Positions 48,856-59,709 of a DNA stretch of 64,000 bases are shown here, in pieces. The DNA comes from Candidatus Villigracilis affinis (lineage in GTDB: Bacteria; Chloroflexota; Anaerolineae; Anaerolineales; Villigracilaceae), in NCBI GenBank assembly GCA_016718275.1, contig JADKEA010000003.1, positions 15,651 through 79,650 on the forward strand, written 5' to 3'. The notes below the pieces were generated by a model that was given only the letters and a program-made list of their open reading frames with translations, did no database searches and had not been told where the DNA came from. The position numbers were made by a program, and so were the translations under genes. How positions within the stretch are numbered: position 1 is the stretch's first letter; each line of letters opens with the position of its first letter.

Positions 48856-49596
48856 TTGCGTATTACAGTCGTAACACCCACGTATAACGAAGCGGAGAAC
48901 CTGCCCAAACTGGTCTCCGCTTTATTTTCTCTCCCGCTTGATATCAATGTTCTGGTAGTGGATGATAACAGTCCCGATGGTACTGGCCGTGTAGCGGATG
49001 AATTGGTCTCGAAATATCCCGGCCGTATTGAAGTGCTTCATCGTCCCGGCAAGATGGGATTGCGCTCGGCCTATTTGAACGGCTTTCAAAAAGTAATGGA
49101 TGGAAGCGTCGACGCAATTGTTCAAATGGATGCGGATTTTTCACACGATCCCTCGGCACTATTGGATATGGCAAGCTTGTTGCAGGTCAATGACGTTGTT
49201 CTGGGTTCCCGTTACGTAAAAGGAGGCTCAGTAGACGAGCGCTGGCCTTTATGGCGCAGAAGCCTTTCCGCTTTTGGTAATTATTATGCCCGCACCATTC
49301 TGGGATTGCCTTTGCATGATGTAACCACGGGGTACCGAATGTGGCGTCGCGAGACGTTGCAGCAGGTCCCGTTTGAGCGTATTCAATCCAATGGATATGT
49401 GTTTCTAGTGGAAATGGCTTATCTTGCGCATTGCCTCGAATTTAAGATCGGGGAGGCTCCGATTTATTTTGCTGATCGTCGTTGGGGAAAATCAAAGATG
49501 TCGATCAAGATCCAGATGGAGGCGGCGTTTCGCATCTGGCAGGTTTGGTGGCATTATCGTGATCTGAGAAAAGCAGGCAGGTCGGCGCGATTGTAG
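48856..49596 (+). CDS. Polyprenol-phosphate mannosyltransferase (GT2, Dpm1/Ppm1-like).
   Basis: VVTPTYNEAENL, VVDDNSPDGT and QMDADFSHDP motifs. TTG start. Confidence 0.85.
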   Translation: MRITVVTPTYNEAENLPKLVSALFSLPLDINVLVVDDNSPDGTGRVADELVSKYPGRIEVLHRPGKMGLRSAYLNGFQKVMDGSVDAIVQMDADFSHDPSALLDMASLLQVNDVVLGSRYVKGGSVDERWPLWRRSLSAFGNYYARTILGLPLHDVTTGYRMWRRETLQQVPFERIQSNGYVFLVEMAYLAHCLEFKIGEAPIYFADRRWGKSKMSIKIQMEAAFRIWQVWWHYRDLRKAGRSARL

Positions 49597-49627
49597 CTAC
49601 TGTAAGCCTAAATTTGAATCCCCGTTA

Positions 49628-51416
49628 TTATCTTACGAACATCACAGGACCTTCCTGTTCGACAACTTCCTTAAGCGGCAGAATAACTGTAAAGGTGCTT
49701 CCTTTGCCTGCCTCGCTTGTCAACTCGATTTTCCCGTTCATGATAGAAGTCAACTTTGCGACAATGGATAGGCCAAGACCAAAACCGCTTTGTTTGGAGT
49801 TTTCCATGCTGTTTATCTGTTCGAATGCTTGAAAAACGCGTTTTTGTGCTTCCGGGGGAATGCCAATACCAGGTATCCATAACCTGTACGGCCCATTCAT
49901 CGTCATTTTTAACAATGAATCGAACTGTGACTGAACCTTTGTCGGTAAACTTGACAGCATTGTGCACAAGATTCATCACGATCTGTCTTAACCAAAACTG
50001 ATCCCCGACAAGTTTTCTGGGAAGGGTGGGGTCAATGAATTGTACAAGGGTCAGCCCTTTTTTGCGGGCATGGAAATTTAGGGTAGAGAGTAACGGGCCG
50101 ATAACTTCTTCCACATTAAAGGGATATTCCCGCAGGACAACCCTTCCTGTTTCGATCTGTGCCTGACCGACCAGATTGTTAATGAATGACAATAATTGGT
50201 TGGCACCATCAAGGATCTCGGATGTGGCTTTTACCTGCTCATTGCTCATGGGGCCGAATGAGCCATCTTCCAGCATCTCAGCATAGCCGATGATCGCTCC
50301 CAGAGGCGAGCGCAGATCATGGCCCAGATTGGCCAGTAACTGACTCTTCAAGCGGCTCGCTTCCATCAGTTGTTCCTGAGCTTTTTTTTGTTCTGTGATG
50401 TTGCTGATGAGGATGATGTGCCCGTCACGTCCAACATGCTGCTCCAGGATGGGCGTGACTCGCAGTTTGAAAGTTAAAGTCTCGCCTGCAAGGTTGATAA
50501 AAATTTCCTGGTGGATGTCACCTTGGGGATCATTTCCCTTCCATTTTTTCCAATCAGGGAAGAGGGATGCGACCTCACTGCCTAACAAATTTCCGTATTG
50601 CTGGAAAATTTGCGCCCCCATTGGATTAATATCAACAACCCGATCCTTGTGATCCAGAACGATCACCCCGTCTTTCATTGCTTTGAAAACGGAATCATGC
50701 GCTACGGGAAGCATGTCCATAAAGCGGTAACGCAGGAAACTGATGGAAAGTGCAATGGCTGAGAAGGTAAGGGCGATGGGGGTGATGTCAATGCCAGGAA
50801 AAGGATACCAGCCCATTACATAGACCAGATTCGCCATCCATGGAAATGACATCCCTATCAGCATGATGCTTGATTGGATGCGATACAGGCTCTGTCCGCG
50901 AAAGGCAACCTGGAAAAATATCACTGTGACAGATATGAGTAGAATATATTGAATGGCAACAACGAAATAAAATAGAATCCCGTGTGTCAACTGCAACGGG
51001 CCGAATGCAAGATTGTCGGTAAATTGAATGTCAGTCCAGATTTGATGGTGCCAATCATTGGTAAGTGCGGCGACAAATCCAACGCTTGCCAAAATTGCCA
51101 GCCATGCTTTTCGTATAGAGGTCAGCCATGCCCCACGGCCGCTATAGTTGATCGTAAAAATGAACATGCCGAGCGCTACATAGGAGATTCCAAAATACTG
51201 CAGTTTCCCCCAGAAGATTTTTTCAGCCATATCCAAACGAACAATTTCCATCACATAGGCTAGGGACCATTCCACGGCGCAAAGGATGGCTAGGATTAAT
51301 CCATATGCACCCGGTAGGGAACGAAAGTTCCATACCCGAAGCAGTAATAGGAATCCGATGAAACTGCTTGCCAGCAGGACAGAGATATGTGCGACGTAAT
51401 ATGGATGTACTCCCAT
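49628..51416 (-). pseudogene. Sensor histidine kinase (N-terminal 7TM domain + PAS + HisKA + HATPase_c), frame-disrupted (+1 nt) inside the G1 box near 49869-49874.
   Basis: H-box LGHDLRSPL and N-box LVHNAVKF are present. The sequence ...VMDT then shifts. Removing one base from gatacctggtattggc restores DTGIGIPPEAQKRVFQAFEQ...GFGLGLSIV (ORF 49628..49969). Confidence 0.8.
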
Positions 51417-51726
51417 AATAAAGCCAATTTTACTGGGTAAATGTAGAATCTGTGCATTTCAAGTTAATTGGGATATTTTGGCGAGCTGGCCCATCAAGAT
51501 ACGTGCAAACAGACCGCCCCTTCTTTGCGTGCCCTACCCAAAAACATCACAATCTGATAATATACATCTCGCACGCCGAACCACTGATTTCAAGCCCTCG
51601 GCCCTCCCGTCGGGGGTTTTTGTGTGTCTTACCTCGGTCTGACAAACCACTCGCAATGGAAAATTCAAAATTGCCCATTTCATTCATTCCTTGCCTGCCT
51701 ACCTCATAAACCAATAAAGAGACCCT

Positions 51727-53583
51727 ATGCTTATCGAACGAACTGACATCCGTAACATCGCCATTATCGCTCACGTCGATCATGGCAAGACCACCCTTGT
51801 AGATGGATTGCTTGGTCAATCGCATACTTTCCGTGAACACCAACACGTTGAAGAGCGCGTGATGGATTCAAATGACCTCGAGCGCGAGCGTGGCATCACA
51901 ATCCTTGCCAAGAACACCGCCATTTCCCTCATTGACCCCAGTGGCAAGACCATTAAAGTCAATATTGTGGATACACCGGGACACGCTGATTTCGGCGGCG
52001 AAGTGGAGCGCGTGATGAATATGGTGGATGGCGTCCTCCTGCTTGTCGATGCAGCGGAAGGCCCCATGCCTCAGACACGTTTTGTATTGAAGAAAGCTCT
52101 CGAGCTCGGACATAAAGCCGTTGTCGTAATCAACAAAGTAGATCGAAAAGATGCTGAACCCGCGCGCGTGCTCAATGAAACATTTGACTTGTTCATCGAG
52201 CTTGGTGCGTCTGAAGAACAGGCGGATTTCCCCGTCGTGTATGCTCAAGCGACTGCAGGAAAAGCGGGTCTTACCCCTGAACTGGGGGCTGATCTGCAGC
52301 CTTTGTTTGATGTGATCCTCAAGCATATTCCTGCTCCCAAAGTGGATGTGGATGCACCTTTGCAGTTGCTTGTCACTATGCTTGGTTATGATGACTATCG
52401 CGGCGTGACCGCCATTGGCCGCGTCTTTGCGGGTACGATCAAAGCGGGGCAGAAGCTGGCCCGCATGAAGCTGGATGGATCCATCCTGCCTGAAAGTGCA
52501 CGTTACCTGTATTCCTTCAAAGGCTTGAACAAAGTTGAGATCGATGAAGTAAAAGCAGGCGATATTATTTCCCTGGCTGGCCTTGAAGGTATTGCCATCG
52601 GCGAGACATTAGCTGACCCCGCCAGCCCTGTGGCTTTGCCCACCATTAAAGTTGAAGAACCTACCGTTCGCATGACTTTTGGTGTGAATACCTCTCCCTT
52701 CACAGGCAAGGAAGGGACTTGGAGTACCTCCCGAAAACTGCGTGAGCGCTTATACGATGAACTTCGCACAAACGTTTCTCTGCGTGTGGACGACACTGAT
52801 TCCGCCGAGAACTTTTTGGTCTCGGGCCGCGGTGAATTGCACTTGGGAATTTTGATTGAAACCATGCGCCGTGAAGGATACGAATTCCAGGTTTCAAGGC
52901 CTGAGGTCATTTTCCACAAGGCAGATGATGGGGCATTGCTTGAGCCGTATGAAGAAGTCCATGTTGAGACCAGCAATGAAACCGTCGGCGTTGTCGTGGA
53001 AATGCTTGGGAGCCGCCGAGGCAAAATGATGGAGATGCATGATGCAGGTCAGGGTATGACGCGCATTGTTTACATTGTCCCGACCCGCGGTTTGCTTGGC
53101 TTCCGTTATCAGTTCCTTACATCCACCCGTGGTGAAGGCGTTATGCACACGATCTTCAATGGCTATGATGAAATGGCTGGCCCGATCTCTTCCAGAACAA
53201 AAGGCTCGATCGTGGCGTGGGAAGCAGGTACGACTACAGCGTATGCGCTGAAGGCTGCCGAAGAGCGCGGACAATTATTCGTCGGTCCCGGCGTGGCTGT
53301 TTATGAAGGTATGGTCGTTGGCGAAAATGCCCGCGGCGGCGACCTTTCAGTAAACGTTTGTAAGAAGAAGCATTTGACCAATATGCGCGCTTCAGGCGGC
53401 GATATGGAAATCCGCCTGACACCTCCGCGCTCAATGAGTTTGGACGAAGCGATCGAATACCTTTCGGATGATGAATTGCTTGAAGTAACCCCGGAGTCAT
53501 ACCGCATTCGTAAACGTCTGCTTTCCACGGACGAACGCGGCAAGCAGACGAAGAAGACAAAAGAACAGTTCGGAGAAGAATAA
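51727..53583 (+). CDS. typA: Translational GTPase TypA/BipA.
   Basis: [14 protein letters not shown] and NKVD motifs. 618 aa. Confidence 0.95.
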   Translation: MLIERTDIRNIAIIAHVDHGKTTLVDGLLGQSHTFREHQHVEERVMDSNDLERERGITILAKNTAISLIDPSGKTIKVNIVDTPGHADFGGEVERVMNMVDGVLLLVDAAEGPMPQTRFVLKKALELGHKAVVVINKVDRKDAEPARVLNETFDLFIELGASEEQADFPVVYAQATAGKAGLTPELGADLQPLFDVILKHIPAPKVDVDAPLQLLVTMLGYDDYRGVTAIGRVFAGTIKAGQKLARMKLDGSILPESARYLYSFKGLNKVEIDEVKAGDIISLAGLEGIAIGETLADPASPVALPTIKVEEPTVRMTFGVNTSPFTGKEGTWSTSRKLRERLYDELRTNVSLRVDDTDSAENFLVSGRGELHLGILIETMRREGYEFQVSRPEVIFHKADDGALLEPYEEVHVETSNETVGVVVEMLGSRRGKMMEMHDAGQGMTRIVYIVPTRGLLGFRYQFLTSTRGEGVMHTIFNGYDEMAGPISSRTKGSIVAWEAGTTTAYALKAAEERGQLFVGPGVAVYEGMVVGENARGGDLSVNVCKKKHLTNMRASGGDMEIRLTPPRSMSLDEAIEYLSDDELLEVTPESYRIRKRLLSTDERGKQTKKTKEQFGEE

Positions 53584-53587
53584 ATGC

Positions 53588-53624
53588 AATACGCCGACAT
53601 GAAAATGTCGGCGTATTATTTTAA
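53588..53624. terminator. Bidirectional terminator.
   Basis: aatacgccgacat-gaaa-atgtcggcgtatt, a 13-bp stem followed by atttt. Confidence 0.85.
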
Positions 53625-53635
53625 GTAGGAATGAC

Positions 53636-54388
53636 TTACGGACAGGTGATGGTTGCTGTTACGCTGTCGGAACTGCCAGCCTCGTTGTAGGCCTGAATCT
53701 GATAAGCCACGCTTTCACCGGGGTTGAGGTCGATCGTTTCTGCGTAATACTTTGTGTTTGGAGCCAGTTCGGCCACCTTTTCTCCATCTCTCACGATTCG
53801 GTAACCTGATTCGTTTTCGGCATTGTCATTCCATGAGAGTGTGATATCGGCCTTGCCCAGACCATAACAGAAGAACGTCCAACCGTTCTTGGGGAAGGTT
53901 GCGGCTTCGGGACCGCCGCCTTCAGGTGTGGGCGGCGCAGTTACAGTGGGGATTGCGGCGAAACTGCCGACTGGTGTTGTGAATTCTCCCGATAGCCAGC
54001 AATCACCATCCTTTGTGTTGACGACCCAATAATTCGGTGGGAAGAAACCGACAATCTTCACCGATTCTGCTGGCAGGATCTGGGTGATGCGTTCGAAATT
54101 GGTGCCCGGGCCGCTGCGACAATTGACCACATCTCCGACGCTTGCCATGGGTTGGGAAAATGTCGGTGTAGCGGCAACGATCGTTCCGTCAGCCACGGTT
54201 GGAGAAGCCAGCACCTGCGGATTGCCTGCTGCGGTTGGGCTGGCAAGCGGTGTAGAGATCACTGCTTGTACGGTCAATGCGGCGGCAGTGGCAATTTCCT
54301 GATCCGAAGGCCCTGTTGTTGTGGAGGGCATTGTACAGGCCGAAATGAAAATTCCCACCGCAAGACACAGCCCCATAATTTTTTTCAT
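53636..54388 (-). CDS. Lipoprotein with an SH3b-like domain and a fibronectin type III-like domain.
   Basis: Lipobox FISAC. An SH3b-like segment (VNCRSGPGTNFERITQI...) is followed by an Fn3-like C-terminus (GYRIVRDGEKVAEL...YQIQAYNEAGSS). Confidence 0.7.
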   Translation of the reverse strand: MKKIMGLCLAVGIFISACTMPSTTTGPSDQEIATAAALTVQAVISTPLASPTAAGNPQVLASPTVADGTIVAATPTFSQPMASVGDVVNCRSGPGTNFERITQILPAESVKIVGFFPPNYWVVNTKDGDCWLSGEFTTPVGSFAAIPTVTAPPTPEGGGPEAATFPKNGWTFFCYGLGKADITLSWNDNAENESGYRIVRDGEKVAELAPNTKYYAETIDLNPGESVAYQIQAYNEAGSSDSVTATITCP

Positions 54389-54399
54389 AATTCTCCTCG

Positions 54400-55764
54400 T
54401 TATTTTATTTTTTTATGGGCACGTCCGCCGATGCGGAAGAATTGCACGCGTCCATTTTCGTCGCGAATGAAATCGCCGATGCCGTTTTTCATCGGCTCGT
54501 CCAGCATCAGGGTCTGATCTTTTTCGAAGAAGGCAACCCGCATGGGCGGCATGGCGGGTCCGGGCGGGCTGTCGGGCGTAGGAAAGCCGCCGAGGGGATA
54601 TGCTGATAAATAAGTTCACCATTTTTGAGTTTCAGGTCAAACGCTTCGGTGCCGATTCGATACGAGCCGACATACTCTTTTAGTTCACTTGCATTAACCT
54701 TGATCGGCTTTGGCAGTGTCGGCTTGATGCCGAAATAAACTTCGAGCGCAAGGCTCACGAGATTGTTGTTCAGCACACCGCCGTTATCGTTGTTGGTAAG
54801 CAGGGCCAGCGCAAAATCCTTTTCAGGAATGAATACAAACATGGCCTGCTGTCCATTGGTGGCACCACCGTGACTGTAACGGGTGAGCGGGCCTGATTTG
54901 TTGATGAACCAGGTGATGCCCATCTGTCCGCGCCCGCCTGCGCTGATCTGCGGCACACGCATTGCCTCCAGCGATCTGCGTTTGATGATGCGATTTCCGT
55001 TCCCCATGTGGAAGCGCGCATAAGCCAGCAAGTCCTTCACGGTGCTGACCACGCCGCCCACGCCGTTGCCTGCCCGCCCAATGGCCCACGGACGCGAGAC
55101 GAAGGTCTTTTTGTTTTCGTTGTAATGTCCCATTGCAAAACGGTATGTGATGAGCAGGTCACTTGGGAAAAAGAAACTCATCTTCAGTCCCAGCGGGTCA
55201 AGCAGAATTTCCTGCGCAGCCTGTTCGTAAGGCTTGCCCGTCACCACTTCGATCAGGCGCGAGGCGATATTGAAGCCCGTGTTGTTGTAGGACCAAATTT
55301 TTCCGAGCGGTATCACCTGCGGAAGATGCTCAATGTCCTTCACCATCTTTGCCAGCGCATCATCACCGTTACCGAAATCGTTGAAATAATCACCGACCCA
55401 GCCGCCCGCATGCGTGAGCAAATGGCGCACGGTGACCTGCTTTTCGACGGCTTTGTCGCTCAGTTTCAAATCCTTAATGTAAGTGCGCACAGGCGCATCG
55501 AGGTTGACTTTGCCCTGTTCCGCCAATTGCATGATGAGGGTGCCCGTGAAGGTTTTGCTGATGGAGCCGACTTGAAACAGCGTATCTGACGTAACTGGAA
55601 GCGGATTCTCGACACTGGTAATTCCGAACCCGTCAGAGTGTTCCCTGCCTTTATGCCATACTCCGATGGCAACGCCGGTATGGACAGCCGCTTCATCTCA
55701 GCGACGACTTTTGCGAAAGCTTGCGGAAGTTTTTATCCTTGATGTGTGCTGTGCTCAAATTCAT
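54400..55764 (-). pseudogene. Serine hydrolase / class C beta-lactamase-family protein with three 1-nt deletions.
   Basis: ATG 55764 gives MNLSTAHIKDK. Break 1 is in the T5 run at 55730-55734. Break 2 is near 55675-55678. Restoring both gives ...LPQAFAKVVAEMKRLSIPGVAIGVWHKGREHSDGFGITSVENPLPVTSDTLFQVGSISKTFTG (S-x-x-K). Break 3 is in the G4 run at 54594-54597. After it the frame continues ...GGFPTPDSPPGPAMPPMRVAFFEKDQTLMLDEPMKNGIGDFIRDENGRVQFFRIGGRAHKKIK to the stop at 54400. Confidence 0.75.
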
Positions 55765-55765
55765 T

Positions 55766-56928
55766 TTATTCTCCGTCACCTTCCAGCCAGGTGGACATGT
55801 ATTCGGGCTTTTCCATTTCGGTGGCCTGCTTTGTGAGATTCAGCGGATGGAAGGTATCCACCATCACTGCGAGTTCCTGCGTTTCTGATTTGCCAATACT
55901 GGCTTCGGTCATGCCAGGCTGCGGGCCGTGCGGAAGCCCGAACGGATGCAGGCTGATGTCACTGCGGTCGATGCCTTTGCGGCTCATGAAATTTCCCTCG
56001 GCATAATATAGCACTTCGTCAGATTGGATGTTGGAGTGATTGTACGGCGCGGGGATGCCTTCGGGGTGGTAATCGAACAGGCGTGGGACGAATGAGCACA
56101 CGACAAAATTGTGTGCGTCGAAGGTCTGGTGAATGGGTGGTGGCATGTGCAGGCGGCCTGTGATGGGTTCGAAATCTTCGATGTTGAAGATCCACGGGTA
56201 GAGATAGCCGTCCCAGCCGATGACATCGAAGGGATGATGATCGAGCACATGACGCGATAACCTGTCGCGCACTTTCACGCGCACTTCAAAATCTCCGCGC
56301 TCGGTGTGGGTTTCCAATTCTTCAGGAGGCGGATGTCGCGTTCACAGTAGGGGGCATGTTCAAGCAGTTGACCGTAATTGTTGCGATAGCGTTTTGGCGG
56401 CTCGATCTGGCTGGGATTTTCGATGGTGAAGAATTTGCATTCCTCGCTCAATTCCATTTGCCAGGTGACGCCAAAAGGAATAACGATGTAATCGCCTTTG
56501 CGAAACGGAAGATTTCCGAATTGGCTTTTGAGTGTGCCGCTGCCATCGTGCACCCACCAGGTCTCATAGGCTTGTGAGTTGCGATAAAAATAGCCCATGC
56601 TGTCTTTTGCACGCGAAACGCCGAGGATGACGTCGTTATTGCCGAGGAGTGGAATCCTTGCCGAAACAGGATCAGGCCCGAGCGGAGTCTGATCCGTGCG
56701 AAAGGCGCGGTGACGGATCGGGCCGAAGTCCACATATTCGGGTTTGGCGCTGCCGAGGTCTTCCGTCATCTTCACACGGGGGGGAAGAAAATGGTGATAG
56801 AGAATGGATTGGATGGACGAAAATCCCTCCAGCCCCATCACTTCTTCGCGATACAGTTTTCCATCGGCTTTTTTGAATTGCGTATGGCGTTTGTGTGGAA
56901 CTTTACCAAGCTTGTGATAGAAGGGCAT
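55766..56928 (-). pseudogene. hmgA: Homogentisate 1,2-dioxygenase, split by a 1-nt deletion near 56325-56330.
   Basis: ORF 56275..56928 is the N-terminal part and ORF 55766..56317 the C-terminal part. Adding one C to cgcCTCCtg gives ...APYCERDIRPPEELETHTERGDFEVRVKV... Confidence 0.8.
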
Positions 56929-56962
56929 GGTTTCTCCTTTAATGGGTAATCAATAAATATTT

Positions 56963-57451
56963 TTAAAGCATGACGTAGGTGTTGGGCCCCTTGAGCCTGG
57001 ATTGCTTCAAGGCTTCTTCTGCTTTTTGCAGGATTTCCTCAGCAGACATTTCAGGGCCGCCGTTGTGAGCGGTTACCCCAATATGAAGCGAGAAGGCGAT
57101 TGAGCCGTTGGGGACATCGAATTTATTTCGATAGACCGATAGCAATCTCTCACAGACAGCGCGAGCGCCGTGTTCATTGGAACTGGGCAGCAGCACCCTG
57201 AACGACTTGCCGTACGTGGAAGGAATATCCACCGAGCGGAGATGCGAATTCAACGCGGCAGCGAAGACAGCAGGCGCTGCCGCCAGCAAATCGGCATTTA
57301 GGGCGATGGGATCCATTTCTATGTGAAGTAATGCCAGTGGAGATGGATACCGCTTTGAGCGGGTGACTTCATAGCCAAACAGGATCTCGAATACATCGCT
57401 GGTGTAAATATCCTCGCTGCGTGGAAGTGTTTTTCGCATGTGTCTCTCCAT
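56963..57451 (-). CDS. Stand-alone degenerate GGDEF-like domain protein.
   Basis: 162 aa. STYGKSFRVLLP stands where RxGGDEFxxLLP is expected, and the C-terminus KAEEALKQSRLKGPNTYV is typical of the cyclase fold. Confidence 0.6.
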   Translation of the reverse strand: MERHMRKTLPRSEDIYTSDVFEILFGYEVTRSKRYPSPLALLHIEMDPIALNADLLAAAPAVFAAALNSHLRSVDIPSTYGKSFRVLLPSSNEHGARAVCERLLSVYRNKFDVPNGSIAFSLHIGVTAHNGGPEMSAEEILQKAEEALKQSRLKGPNTYVML

Positions 57452-57454
57452 TTC

Positions 57455-57874
57455 TTATGGATCCTGTGGCTGATAGATCACGACACTTTCCTGTTCATTC
57501 GGATCGTTGCGCGCAACGACGGCAACGACTTCTTCGGTTTCACTCAAGTTGATGGGCTGGTGCGGCACATTGGGTGGAATGAAAAGAAAATCACCCGCTT
57601 CATTGATGCTGGATTTTTCAAGATTGTCGCCATATTTTGTCTCTGCACGGCCTTTGATGATGTAGATGGTGGTTTCGTAGCCGTTGTGATAATGCGCCAC
57701 CGCCTTTCCGCCAGGCGGAATAATGACAAGGTGCATGCACAAATGTTTTGTCCCTGCAGATTGGGCGGAGATGCCCTCAAAGTTCGGCAACTGCTGTTTT
57801 GAAATGAAGGACTCTTTCGGGCGGACGGTGATGATCTTGTTCTGTTCCAACTTGTAAATCTCCTTTTGAAACAA
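57455..57874 (-). CDS. Cupin domain protein.
   Basis: Cupin motifs G..VAHYH.GYET and GDFLFIPPNVPH. Confidence 0.8.
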   Translation of the reverse strand: MFQKEIYKLEQNKIITVRPKESFISKQQLPNFEGISAQSAGTKHLCMHLVIIPPGGKAVAHYHNGYETTIYIIKGRAETKYGDNLEKSSINEAGDFLFIPPNVPHQPINLSETEEVVAVVARNDPNEQESVVIYQPQDP

Positions 57875-57908
57875 AGTGATTGGCCGCGAATTTTGTGAAA
57901 TGGCAGGT

Positions 57909-58760
57909 CTATTGAATGGTGATCGACTGAATCAACGCATCCAGTTGGGTGAGCGTTGGCGTGAAGACATCGGGCGCGGTTTGGTCGAGCTTGCTCACGA
58001 CCGCGGCATAGTAGCTGTCATCGGGCATTTCCGTGGTGAGTGGAATGCCGTCTGACGGCACCACGGATTGTGGGTTGTCATCGGGTGCGAGAAAGGGTGC
58101 GTTCACGGGCAGAATAGCAACGATATAAAATCGGCCGTCGCTGGTGAGTCCCTGGAAATTATAGAACATCTCCTTGTTGTTCACAGTGGCGGGGTATTGC
58201 GCATATTGCGTCAAGAATATGACCCCGCTGCCGCTTTGAAAGGAGATCAACTGCATCTTTGCAGTGAAGACCTTCGCGGCATTGAAGGCTGTGATGCCCG
58301 GCAGCGCATCCTTGGTTAGCGGCACGGCTGGGCTTGCAAGAATGGCGCGTAGTTTCTGAATGTTCTGGGCGGCAGAGTCGTTGATGGCTTCATACTCCGC
58401 CACGGGATAAACATAGATATTCGGCTCGAAAAACTTTCCTTGAAGCGGATAGCCTGTCAGCGTGAATTTTGTGTGTGCGGGTGCAGAGGCCATCGCAGGG
58501 CCATCTGTAATAATGGCCTCTGGCAGTGATTCCACATTGGCTGATGTGCCAAGCCCAACCGGAATGACGAACTTGACCGAATTGGCAGAAACGAGCGCGC
58601 CCTCTGGCGCGGCAGGAGTATCAACGGGTGGTGCGGCGGAGGTCATTGCCACCAGTGTTTCGGCAACAACCGTTTCCACGCCGGGTTGTGCAGGTGCAGG
58701 GGCGCCGCAGGCCGCCAATAGGAAAACAGCAAGTACGATTCCAATCCACTTCTTTGTCAT
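57909..58760 (-). CDS. Lipoprotein, function unknown.
   Basis: Lipobox LLAACG. 283-aa ORF that overlaps the upstream FAH stop by 4 nt. Confidence 0.65.
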   Translation of the reverse strand: MTKKWIGIVLAVFLLAACGAPAPAQPGVETVVAETLVAMTSAAPPVDTPAAPEGALVSANSVKFVIPVGLGTSANVESLPEAIITDGPAMASAPAHTKFTLTGYPLQGKFFEPNIYVYPVAEYEAINDSAAQNIQKLRAILASPAVPLTKDALPGITAFNAAKVFTAKMQLISFQSGSGVIFLTQYAQYPATVNNKEMFYNFQGLTSDGRFYIVAILPVNAPFLAPDDNPQSVVPSDGIPLTTEMPDDSYYAAVVSKLDQTAPDVFTPTLTQLDALIQSITIQ

Positions 58761-59641
58761 TTTGATTTTTCTCCGATGATGTTTTTTAGTATTCCGATTT
58801 CTTCGATCTCCAATTCAACCACGTCACCTTCATTCAACCATGGGCCCTGGCCTTTGGTCAATTCCAACAGGCAGCCTGTGCCAACGGTTCCCGAGCCGAT
58901 CACGTCACCCGCCCGTAATTCGCACGTATCTGAAGCTCTGGCAATGATCTCGCCGAACGACCAGAAAATATCCTTTAAATTTGCGCGGGACATTTCTACG
59001 CCGTTGACTTTCGCGGTCATCGTGAGGTCGTACACGCCCGGGCGATTCGCCGTCCGATCGGCAAGCGCTTCGCTCGTCACGATCACGGGTCCCAAAGACG
59101 AGGCAAAGTCCTTCCCCTTGGCAGGGCCCAGCCCGATTCGCAATTCCTCGCGCTGCACATCGCGGGCCGACCAATCATTGAAGATGGTGTAGCCAAAGAT
59201 GTGAGCGGGGGCATCTTCTGGTTTGATGTCACATCCGCTTTTGCCGATGATGACGGCGATCTCCAATTCGAAATCCAATGCCGATGTGTAGCGCGGATAG
59301 GGAATCACTTCGTCTGGCCCAAAGATGGTGTGCGGATTGGTGTAATAAAAGGCGGGGAACTTGTACCACTCTTGCGGCACATCCCGTCCGCGGTTTTGAC
59401 TGGCGGTTCTCACATGCTGTTCGAAGGCGTACGCATCGCGCAGGTTGGTCGGCTGGATGGGTGCAAGGAACTGAACTTCGGCAAGCGCGAACGATTCCTG
59501 CGAAGCTAGGCGTGCGGCTTCTTCAGCTCCATGCGTGATGACGGCATGCATGTCTGTGAGTGGCAGCGGGTAGACTCTGCCGTTCGAGATAAGAGCAGGT
59601 TTCGGCGCAGCGTGAGGCGTGTTGATGGTGGCGAAGATCAT
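58757..59641 (-). CDS. Fumarylacetoacetate hydrolase (FAH) family protein.
   Basis: 294 aa with the FAH-fold C-terminal domain: ELEIAVIIGK...FGYTIFNDWSARD...GDVIGSGTVG. Confidence 0.85.
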   Translation of the reverse strand: MIFATINTPHAAPKPALISNGRVYPLPLTDMHAVITHGAEEAARLASQESFALAEVQFLAPIQPTNLRDAYAFEQHVRTASQNRGRDVPQEWYKFPAFYYTNPHTIFGPDEVIPYPRYTSALDFELEIAVIIGKSGCDIKPEDAPAHIFGYTIFNDWSARDVQREELRIGLGPAKGKDFASSLGPVIVTSEALADRTANRPGVYDLTMTAKVNGVEMSRANLKDIFWSFGEIIARASDTCELRAGDVIGSGTVGTGCLLELTKGQGPWLNEGDVVELEIEEIGILKNIIGEKSK

Positions 59642-59709
59642 GGCAGAGAGTATGAAAGTCGAAGGTCAATGGTCATCTGACTTTCAACCATCAACCTTCG
59701 ACTTTTGAC

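Noticed and set aside
47878-49874. The idea that frameshifts occur specifically at CCGG/CCWGG sites (methylation-motif basecalling errors), since two breaks read CC-T-GG.
   Set aside because: Each of these can equally be explained by one extra C in a CC run (act ggt / tct ggt). Other breaks lie in A, T or G runs, so no single motif is supported from this window alone.
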